Source of the DNA: an uncultured Armatimonadetes bacterium
GTDB taxonomy: Bacteria; Armatimonadota; UBA5829; DTJY01
DNA: 64,000 nt
Direction: 5' to 3'
NCBI GenBank assembly: GCA_963717145.1
Contig: OY970325.1
Span: 2,656,001-2,720,000, forward strand
Shown: one piece after another, positions 40,409-48,388 of the stretch
Position numbering within the stretch: the first letter of the stretch is position 1
Layout of the letters: each line of letters begins with the position of its first letter
Program-made: the position numbers and the translations under genes
The notes under the pieces: model-generated
Database searches by the model: none
What the model was told of the DNA's origin: nothing
The model's input: only the letters and a program-made list of their open reading frames with translations

Positions 40409-41290
40409 ATGAAGAAGTCACTACTGTTGATCGCTCTGATGCTGCTGGTTGCTGTTCCCGCAATGGCAGCGAGAGTAGCTTCGGTTCCCATCACTCACGA
40501 GACATCGCTTGTATACCAGGCATATCCTGGTAACAGCGACGGAACCGACCTTGAGTTCCTGGGCTATCTGGGCACGGGCGAGGATGTTATCACGGCTGTC
40601 CCGGGCGTTCTTTCGATCGTCCCCGGTGACAACTGGGAGAACTTCGTCGGCGCCGCTCAGGAAGATCCTGCAGTCCCTTACACGATCAAGAACGTGGTTC
40701 TGTGCAAGCAGACCCCGTCGGTCATCCAGTGCGCGGACATCTTCCCTGCGAAGACCATCTGCCAGCAGGGAACACCGAACATTCGCCTCTGGTGGCCTCT
40801 GATGTACGAGGCTCCTGGAACGTGCTGGACGCTCACCATCCTCTACGGAACTTCCGTTCCCTACGACGATGACGGCGCTGGCCCGAACCCGGCCGGCTAC
40901 GTTCACACCGAAGTCTGGGTGTGGTGTGTAGACGCGACGCTGGAGAGCCTTGAGAATCTCCTGGACCTGTTCCATGAGCTTCCCTTCGGCTTGGACGAAG
41001 TTCCCCTGATCTCTGACGAGGAACTGTTCCCGATCCTCCAGGACAAGATCGATGCCATCGAGGCTGCCCTTGAGGGCTCCGTGCCGGATCCGACGACTGC
41101 CGGGATGATCCTCGGCGACTTCGAGATGGAAGTCATGGATGCCTGCATCCCCGTATCGCCGATGACCCCGGCCCCGACGGGCCCCGGAACCGGCATTGCG
41201 AACACGCTGGAGAATCCGGCATGCTGCAAGCTCATGGTTGACGCTGAGTTCATCGGCTTCGACTTGGGCATCTTCCTGCCGGCGAAGTAA
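40409..41290 (+). CDS. Secreted protein of unknown family, paralog 1
   Basis: AAGGAGG RBS, signal peptide, motifs WPLMYE.PGT, YDDDG.GPNP.GYVHTE, HELPFG.DEVPLISDE, ENPACCKL. Confidence 0.9.
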   Translation: MKKSLLLIALMLLVAVPAMAARVASVPITHETSLVYQAYPGNSDGTDLEFLGYLGTGEDVITAVPGVLSIVPGDNWENFVGAAQEDPAVPYTIKNVVLCKQTPSVIQCADIFPAKTICQQGTPNIRLWWPLMYEAPGTCWTLTILYGTSVPYDDDGAGPNPAGYVHTEVWVWCVDATLESLENLLDLFHELPFGLDEVPLISDEELFPILQDKIDAIEAALEGSVPDPTTAGMILGDFEMEVMDACIPVSPMTPAPTGPGTGIANTLENPACCKLMVDAEFIGFDLGIFLPAK

Positions 41291-41307
41291 GGACAACTAC
41301 AGAGTAT

Positions 41308-41333
41308 GCGCGGACGGGGAAACCCGTCCGCGC
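41308..41333 (+). terminator. Hairpin after paralog 1
   Basis: GCGCGGACGGG-gaaa-CCCGTCCGCGC, no strong T-run. Confidence 0.6.
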
Positions 41334-41389
41334 TGCTTCGGTCATAAGTCGACCGGTTGACCACCCCCTTATAACAACTGGAGATACTG

Positions 41390-42232
41390 ATGGGACGGTA
41401 TCTGACGCCGCTAATGATACTGTTCGCCATTGCCGTGCCGGCGATGGCGGCAAGGGTTACTTCCGTGCCGATCATGCACGAGACCGACTTTGTCTTCCAG
41501 GCCTATGCCGTTCGAGACGGTTCGCCGCTCGATGTCATTGAGGCAGTTCCGGGCGTTCTATCGATCGTACCCGGAGAGAACTGGGAGAACTTCGTCGGAG
41601 CAGCGCAAGAGGATCCGGCAGTACCCTACGTTATAAAGAACGTGGTCCTGTGCAAGCAGACTCCCTCTGTCATCCAGTGCGCGGATGTGTTTCCTGCAAA
41701 GACGATTTGTCAACAGGGAACGGGAAGCATCCGCCTCTGGTGGCCGCTGATGTACGAGGTCCCCGGCACCACCTGGACGCTCACGGTTGTCTACGGAACA
41801 AATGTTCAGTATGACGACGACGGCGCAGGTCCGAACCCGGCCGGCTACGTTCACACCGAGGTGTGGACGTGGCAGGTCCAGGCGACTCTGGAGAGCCTCG
41901 AGAGCCTCTTGTCGCTCTTCCACGAGCTGCCGTTCGGTCTGGATGAAGTCCCTCTCATATCCGATGAGGAACTGTTCGTGGCCTTGCTTGGCAAGGTTAC
42001 GGAGATCCAGGCAAGCGTCTGTACGAACGACCAGGCGGGCATGGGTCTTCTACTCGGCGATTTCGAGATGGAGGTCATGGATGCGTGCATTCCCGTCTCG
42101 CCGGAGACTCCGGCCCCAACGGGCGCAGGAACCGGCATTGCCAACTCGCTGGAGAACCCAGCATGCTGCAAGCTCCTGGCTGACGCCGAGTTCATCGGCT
42201 TCGACCTGGGCATTCTGCAGCCGAAGAAGTAA
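41390..42232 (+). CDS. Secreted protein of unknown family, paralog 2
   Basis: Same motifs; GGAG RBS. Confidence 0.9.
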   Translation: MGRYLTPLMILFAIAVPAMAARVTSVPIMHETDFVFQAYAVRDGSPLDVIEAVPGVLSIVPGENWENFVGAAQEDPAVPYVIKNVVLCKQTPSVIQCADVFPAKTICQQGTGSIRLWWPLMYEVPGTTWTLTVVYGTNVQYDDDGAGPNPAGYVHTEVWTWQVQATLESLESLLSLFHELPFGLDEVPLISDEELFVALLGKVTEIQASVCTNDQAGMGLLLGDFEMEVMDACIPVSPETPAPTGAGTGIANSLENPACCKLLADAEFIGFDLGILQPKK

Positions 42233-42325
42233 CGGCGATCGGCCTGCATCGCAGGCCGTTTCGCCCTACTCAGTCATCAACGGCCCCGGCCTTTGACCGG
42301 GGCCATCCATAAAGGAGTTACGACC

Positions 42326-43195
42326 ATGAAGAAGTACTTGTTGCCGCTTGCCGCAGTACTTCTGGTTGTCTCACTACCTGCATTCGCAGCCAGGACAGCG
42401 ACAGTTCCGTTGACGCATCCCGAGATGATCGTCTTCCAGGTTTACCCTGGAAACAGCCTCGACAGCGAGGTGGCGTTCGCGGGATACGAGGGGATAGTCC
42501 CCGGGGACCTGATCACTGTCGTACCAGGCATACTGTCGATCGTTCCCGGCGATAACTGGGCGAATTTCGTCCAGGCCGTACGCGATAACCAGCCATATAC
42601 GATCAAGAACGTGGTCATCAGAAAGACGACGCCTGAGCTGAATCAGTGCGCAGACCTCTTCCCGGCTAGAGTCGTGAGCCTGGGCGGAACACCCAACGTC
42701 AGACTCTGGTGGCCTACCATGTTCGAGGTCCCAGGCACAACCTGGACGCTGACTATCGTTTACGGGACGACTACGCCGTATGACGACGACGGACCGACGG
42801 GACCCAACCCTCCATCCTACGTGCATACCGAAGAGTGGGTCTGGAGAGTTGACGCATCTCTCGAGCAGATAGAGCAATTGCTCGCTCTGTTCCACGAGGT
42901 GCCGTTTGGTACAGACGAGGTTCCTCTCATCTCCGATGAGGATCTCCTCGTGGCTCTTCTCGACAAGTTGGACTTAATGGGGAATACCACCGAACCTCTA
43001 GCTCTCGCGAACTTGTTCGCGGATTTCGAGATGGAAGTGATGGACGCGTGTATCCCTGTTTCCCCGAGATATCCGAATCCAACCGGAAGCGGAACGGGCA
43101 TCGCCAACTCACTCGAGAATCCTGCATGCTGCAAGCTGCTGGTCGACGCCGAGTACGTTGGAGTTAAACTCGGTGTGCTGCAGCCTGGTAAGTAG
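42326..43195 (+). CDS. Secreted protein of unknown family, paralog 3
   Basis: AAAGGAG RBS before MKKYLL; same motifs. Confidence 0.9.
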   Translation: MKKYLLPLAAVLLVVSLPAFAARTATVPLTHPEMIVFQVYPGNSLDSEVAFAGYEGIVPGDLITVVPGILSIVPGDNWANFVQAVRDNQPYTIKNVVIRKTTPELNQCADLFPARVVSLGGTPNVRLWWPTMFEVPGTTWTLTIVYGTTTPYDDDGPTGPNPPSYVHTEEWVWRVDASLEQIEQLLALFHEVPFGTDEVPLISDEDLLVALLDKLDLMGNTTEPLALANLFADFEMEVMDACIPVSPRYPNPTGSGTGIANSLENPACCKLLVDAEYVGVKLGVLQPGK

Positions 43196-43222
43196 ATAGT
43201 GAAGTACGACTAGGTGCGGAGT

Positions 43223-43254
43223 AGAGGGCTCCGTCCGCAAGGGCGGAGTCCTCT
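43223..43254 (+). terminator. Hairpin after paralog 3
   Basis: AGAGGGCTCCGTCC-gcaa-GGGCGGAGTCCTCT. Confidence 0.55.
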
Positions 43255-43273
43255 TCTAGAAGAGAGACTGATC

Positions 43274-44100
43274 GTGGGAAAAGCGATACTGCTCATTGCA
43301 CTGGCGATCCTGCTTTTCTCGCTGCCGACGATGGCGGCGAGAAACACGGTTGTTCCAGTGGTGAATACGACGAATATCGTATACCAGGCCTACACATTCC
43401 GTGCCGGAGTGGGACCGTCGGTGTGCCGCCGATACTCGCCGTGTCGGGAGTATTGTCACTGACGCCTTCCGACCTCCTGCAGTCCGCGGTGGGGCAGATA
43501 CCCTTCACGATCAAGAGTACTATCCTTCAGAAGAAGACTCCCTCCTTTGTCCAGTGCGCAGATGTCTTTCCCGCCGGCACGGTCAGCCAACAGGGAGCGG
43601 CGAACGTCCGCCTCCAGTGGCCGCTGATGTACGAAACCCCGGGGACGACATGGACGCTCACGATCGTATATGGCACGTCATCCCCGTACGATGATGACGG
43701 GACTGGGCCGAATCCGCCGTCCTACGTTCACACCGTGGTGTGGACCTGGCGTGTGGAAGCGACCCTCCAGAGCATGAAGGACCTGTTGGTGCTGTTCCAT
43801 CAGTTGCCGTTTGGAACAAGCGAAACACCGCTGATCTCGGATGAGGCGCTCTATGGCCAGCTTCAAGAAAAGCTTGACGAGATCATCGTGAAGGTTGCCA
43901 CGCAGAAGACCGCTGCCGCCGGGCTTCTTCTGGCAGACTTCGAGATGGAGGTCATGGACGCCTGCATCCCCACCCCACCAACAGAACCGAATCCCGGCGG
44001 AGCCGGAACGGGTATCGCCAATTCGGCCGAGAACCCGGCATGCTGCAAGCTCATGGTCGATGCAGAGTACGTCGGAAAACAGCTCGGCATCATGCAGTGA
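43274..44100 (+). CDS. Secreted protein of unknown family, paralog 4; frameshift near 43420
   Basis: Signal peptide and YQAY in the frame of ORF 43214; remainder in the frame of ORF 43423. Confidence 0.85.
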
Positions 44101-44384
44101 TCCCGAGCCGCCACCTGAGAAGTTGAAGGCACTGGTGCCGCCGGTTGCCATTCGACCCTCGAAGATGGTACTGAGACATTCTACCCCACCCACAGGCTGG
44201 TGTTGACATCCTGAGCCGGACGCGGCTCGGGATCGATCGGCACTGCCCGCGGAAAGACTGACCTTTCACCCCACAGCAGCGCTCTGTGTCGTTTACGGCA
44301 TAGGGTGCGCCCTCGGTTCGGTACGTCCGTGCACGGACGAACCGACCCGGGGGCAATGACACCCCACGGTCTGGAGAGAGAAAG

Positions 44385-45260
44385 ATGAAGAAAGCAATTC
44401 CGCTGCTTATCGCCGCGCTCGCGGCGATCTCGCCGCCATTGCTCGCCGCCAGGATCACCGTCGCGCCGGCCAATCACGCGCCGATCCCGGTGTACGAGGC
44501 CTATCGGGGTAGCAGCAATCAGACGGACTGCTTCGACATGGGTTACGCGGGCGTAGGATGGGATGCGATCACCGTCGTGCCCGGGGTCCTTGCTATAGAT
44601 CCCGGACCTGCGTGGTCGAACTACATCAAGGCCGCCCAAGAGGGTGTACCCTACGCGGTCAAGAACGTCGTGCTGCGGAAGCAGACGCCGACCCCGATAC
44701 AATGCGCAGACGTCTTCCCTTCGCGTTTGGTCCAGCAACAGGGAACGCCCAATATTCGCCTAACGTGGCCGCTGATGTACGAAGTCGCCGGGACTACATG
44801 GACGCTCACCATCCTCTATGGCACCACCCAGCCGTACGATGATGATGGAACCGGGCCAAACCCGGCCGGGTACGTCCACACCGAGATCTGGCAGTGGCAG
44901 GCAGAAGTCACGCTGGACAGCCTGAAGAGCGTCCTGGTGCTCCTGCACCAACTGCCCTTCGGCACGAGTCAGACCCCGCTGATCTCTGATGAGATACTCT
45001 ACGAGACACTCCAGTCCCAACTCGAAGAGGTCGCGGCGGCAAAGGTCATCGCCAACGATCTGGTCGCGGCCGGCCTCGCGCTCGGCCAATTCGAGATGAT
45101 CTTGATGGACGGCTGTCTGGCCGTCCCACCCTCTCGGCCCAATTCGACCGGCCCGGGCACGGGTGTCGCCCAGACCGCAGAGAACCCCGCATGCTGCAAA
45201 CTTCTCACAGACGCGGAGTTTCTGGGCTTCAACCTTGGCATCTACCAACCGAAAAAATAG
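44385..45260 (+). CDS. Secreted protein of unknown family, paralog 5
   Basis: Same motifs including ENPACCKL. Confidence 0.9.
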   Translation: MKKAIPLLIAALAAISPPLLAARITVAPANHAPIPVYEAYRGSSNQTDCFDMGYAGVGWDAITVVPGVLAIDPGPAWSNYIKAAQEGVPYAVKNVVLRKQTPTPIQCADVFPSRLVQQQGTPNIRLTWPLMYEVAGTTWTLTILYGTTQPYDDDGTGPNPAGYVHTEIWQWQAEVTLDSLKSVLVLLHQLPFGTSQTPLISDEILYETLQSQLEEVAAAKVIANDLVAAGLALGQFEMILMDGCLAVPPSRPNSTGPGTGVAQTAENPACCKLLTDAEFLGFNLGIYQPKK

Positions 45261-45470
45261 TATGTGCTCGCCCGATAATATGGTAAGTGCTATGTGTGTG
45301 TTTTGCTGAACGACAGCTCAGCAATAAAGTCTGCCGTTGAGGTTACTAAGGCTCAGTTTGTGGGTATAACAGAATGTGCCGTCTGTACAGGCGGTGGCCG
45401 TGCTTGCGCACGCATTCATTAATTCCGCGATCGTCAGCCGCAGGTTATACGATTACTCAGGAGGTAAGGC

Positions 45471-46139
45471 ATGCAGTCAAGGCATTATGTGATCTCGGTT
45501 GTGGCAATACTTGTCGCGCTATGTTCCGGGCAATCGGACGCCAAACCAAAGATCGACACCGTAGTCTACGAGGTCAAGATGAAATCGCCGCAGGGCGACA
45601 TGGGAACCCGAAAGATGTACAAGAAGGGCGATTTCTTCTTGTGGGAGGCCGACACCTCGGGGCTGAAGTTGAAGTTTGTCAGGAACAAGGATGGCGCCTT
45701 CGCGATTAATCCGTTTGGACGGTTTGCCGGCAAGTACCCTCCCGGCTCGAACCGCGAGTCCCCGATGACATTCCTGCCCGGGCCCGCCGGCGACGTGAAG
45801 GATTTCCTCAAGAAGAATGAGGCCAAGAAAGAGGGCCAGGAGACGATAGGGAAGACACTCTGCGACATCCACACTTACACCGAAAAAGAGACCAAGTGGC
45901 AGTGCAAGCTGTGGGTCGAGCAGAAGACCCTCAGACCCGTGAAGATGCTGATGACCGGCGCGAAGAAGAACGACTGGGTCGATGTCACCTACGTTAGCTA
46001 CAGGACCGGTGGAGTGATCGCCGAATCCAGATTCGCGTTGCCCAAGGACATGGAAATTCGTCCGATGCCAAAGCCGAAAGAGGAAGCGCCGAAGAAAGAA
46101 GGCGACGCAGCACCTGCCCCACCGGCAGAGAAGAACTAG
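45471..46139 (+). CDS. Secreted LolA-like/DUF4412-like protein
   Basis: AGGAGGT RBS, signal peptide, G.ETIGK..C..., KLWV.....PVK, ESRFALPK pattern. Confidence 0.6.
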   Translation: MQSRHYVISVVAILVALCSGQSDAKPKIDTVVYEVKMKSPQGDMGTRKMYKKGDFFLWEADTSGLKLKFVRNKDGAFAINPFGRFAGKYPPGSNRESPMTFLPGPAGDVKDFLKKNEAKKEGQETIGKTLCDIHTYTEKETKWQCKLWVEQKTLRPVKMLMTGAKKNDWVDVTYVSYRTGGVIAESRFALPKDMEIRPMPKPKEEAPKKEGDAAPAPPAEKN

Positions 46140-46151
46140 GAGGCCGAATCG

Positions 46152-47600
46152 ATGGGTTCTCGTGACTACAGGAAGCCGCTCCTGCTAACGGCTGCAGTGG
46201 CGGCAGTCGCCATCGCAGGCGTCTTTGCCGGTTTCACCGCCATCGGTGGCACGGCCCCCGCGAATTCCAAGACACTAGCCATACTCTATACCAATCAGGC
46301 ATCCGGCCAGATTCGGTCATGCAATTGCACGAAGTTCCGCTACGGAGGCTATGGGCGTGAAGCCACCTTCGTAGACAAGATCCGAGCCGAGAACGCCAAC
46401 CTGGTCATCATCGAAGGCGGAGACGCCGTGGGCCGTGACGAAGTCGAGCAGGAGAAGCTGAAATCTGAGTTAGCCGTAAATGCGATGGGCGCGATCGGCT
46501 ACTCCGCCTTCGTTCCGGGTGAAGCCGAGCTAACGTACAACCGCAAGAGTCTTGAGGATTGGACCGTCAACTCGAAGACACCATTCCTCCTTGCCAACGC
46601 CAAGTACAAGGACACCGGGAAGCCGGTATGCAGCCGGCCCTACGTGATCCAGAAGCTGCCGAACGGCCTTCGGGTGGCAGTAGTCGGCATCGTGGGCCTT
46701 GAGCTTTTCCCGGAAATGTTGAAGATGGGCATCGAGATTGACGTGAGTGACCCTGCGGTCGCTCTGAAGAGCCTGGTGCCGAAGATCCGCCCCCAGGCGG
46801 ACATAGTGGTCGTTGTCGCCCATTCCGAAGCCGCGAAAGCGAAAGCACTTGCGGGGTTATCCGGTGTGGATGTCGTCATCTGCACCCATTCGTTCGAGAA
46901 GCTGGAGATGCCCGCAAAGGGCGAGAACATCGTTGAGGGCTCGACGGAGAAGATCAGCAAGTGCGTTTTCGTCGTCAGCAGTTCACGGTCGGGCTGGAGT
47001 GTGGGCAGGCTGGACCTGGAACTCGACGGCAAGGGGATCAAAACGGCCCGCAGCCGCAGTTTCTTCCTTGACCGAGCCTATGAGGAGGCGCCGAACCTCG
47101 TCAAGCTGTACAACGAGTACAACGCCAAAGTCGCCGAGGTCACCGCCAGCCAGCAGAACGCGCTCAAGGCCAGATTCGAGGACCTGCTGAAATCCAGAGG
47201 GATCGATACATCGAAGCGCCAGCGCGCAACACCGTATGCCGGTTCAGCCGCCTGCAAGACATGCCACGAGGAAGCTTACGACATGTGGGCCGCGTCCCGG
47301 CATGCGAATGCTTTCGCCACGCTGAAGAAGACAGGGCAGGAGGCCGATCCTGAGTGCGTCTCTTGCCACACTACCGGCGCTATGCGGCGAGGTGGATTCA
47401 CGAATATGAAGGACACGCCCGACCTGGCCAACATCCAGTGTGAGGCATGTCATGGCGACGGCACATCCCATGCGGCCAAGCCCGAAGCGGGCTTCGGCGC
47501 TGTATCAGAGGATCTCTGTCGTGGCTGCCATACCGAGGCGTACAATCCGGACTTCGATTTCGAGCAGATGCTCAAGCTCATTCCGCATAAGAAGCAGTGA
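46152..47600 (+). CDS. 5'-nucleotidase-like (UshA-like) domain fused to tetraheme cytochrome c (c554-like)
   Basis: ILYT...GQIRSCNC....GGYGR, EGGD, PGEAE; heme motifs CKTCH, CVSCH, CEACH, CRGCH. Confidence 0.85.
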   Translation: MGSRDYRKPLLLTAAVAAVAIAGVFAGFTAIGGTAPANSKTLAILYTNQASGQIRSCNCTKFRYGGYGREATFVDKIRAENANLVIIEGGDAVGRDEVEQEKLKSELAVNAMGAIGYSAFVPGEAELTYNRKSLEDWTVNSKTPFLLANAKYKDTGKPVCSRPYVIQKLPNGLRVAVVGIVGLELFPEMLKMGIEIDVSDPAVALKSLVPKIRPQADIVVVVAHSEAAKAKALAGLSGVDVVICTHSFEKLEMPAKGENIVEGSTEKISKCVFVVSSSRSGWSVGRLDLELDGKGIKTARSRSFFLDRAYEEAPNLVKLYNEYNAKVAEVTASQQNALKARFEDLLKSRGIDTSKRQRATPYAGSAACKTCHEEAYDMWAASRHANAFATLKKTGQEADPECVSCHTTGAMRRGGFTNMKDTPDLANIQCEACHGDGTSHAAKPEAGFGAVSEDLCRGCHTEAYNPDFDFEQMLKLIPHKKQ

Positions 47601-47614
47601 AACCTTGACAACAG

Positions 47615-47646
47615 AAAACCCTCGGCTGCAAGTGCAGTCGAGGGTT
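47615..47646. terminator. Bidirectional terminator
   Basis: AAAACCCTCGGCTGCA-ag-TGCAGTCGAGGGTT. Confidence 0.65.
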
Positions 47647-47674
47647 GGTCTGCGTTCTTGATTGGAACTGATCG

Positions 47675-48160
47675 TCAGGCTATGCGCCGTCTGATCATTG
47701 CGCCAAGGCTGGCAACCCCACCGAGCAGGGCAAGCAGGGAACCGGGCTCGGGCACCGGGGTGACTGCGCCATCGAACGTGAACTCGTCGCTCATCACATT
47801 GTAGTATGCCGTGAAGAACGGCGCGTAGGTATCAGCGGTTAGCTCGAATCCGCTCAGGCTTTGTTCGGGCCCTGGGTCGTTTCCAATGGCATCAAAGGCG
47901 GGCCAGTCAAAGCTGGGATTGATCACCCAGCCCGCCGGCGCAGCGGTAACGGTGTAGTAGCTGGTCGGTACAGCCGGATCCCAGAGGATGTCCAGGTAGG
48001 TCGGGATCACGTCACCGGTCGTATCGTTGTTGGTCAACGTGTACACCCAGGAATTTGGCGTCGCCCCTGCCTCGACTGTCATGGAGAACGGGGCAACGGC
48101 AAACGCAGATGCGCTGCAGAGGACCAGAAGTGCGAGCATCAGACTCAGCTTCAGTTTCAT
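47675..48160 (-). CDS. Small PEP-CTERM protein
   Basis: AAGGAGGT RBS, signal peptide, VPEPGS-TM-RRR. Confidence 0.92.
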   Translation of the reverse strand: MKLKLSLMLALLVLCSASAFAVAPFSMTVEAGATPNSWVYTLTNNDTTGDVIPTYLDILWDPAVPTSYYTVTAAPAGWVINPSFDWPAFDAIGNDPGPEQSLSGFELTADTYAPFFTAYYNVMSDEFTFDGAVTPVPEPGSLLALLGGVASLGAMIRRRIA

Positions 48161-48284
48161 TTGGTACTACCTCCTTCTGCGGTTAATGATATTTGCAAAT
48201 GCCTGACTGACCGAACGGGTTAGGCCTGTTCAGGTTTCATACAGACAGTTGGTACATCCTATGCCAACTTTCAGAAACATAATG

Positions 48285-48300
48285 TGCAAGAAACGTGCCA
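48285..48300 (-). promoter_or_regulatory. Sigma54 -24/-12 promoter
   Basis: Minus strand TGGCACGTTTCTTGCA upstream of the PEP-CTERM gene. Confidence 0.85.
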
Positions 48301-48388
48301 ATCGGCGTTCTCAGCAAAAAAAGGCACTGATTAAGTTGCCAAGCTACCGCTAAAAGTGCGAAGTAACACTGAATGGGGGACACTCTCA

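Noticed and set aside
40409-45260. Paralogs as multiheme cytochromes or RiPP precursors
   Set aside because: No CxxCH motifs, too long for precursors, and no modifying enzymes adjacent.
46310-46330. Selenocysteine recoding in the UshA-like domain
   Set aside because: The motif is encoded as Cys-Asn-Cys (TGC AAT TGC) with no in-frame TGA.
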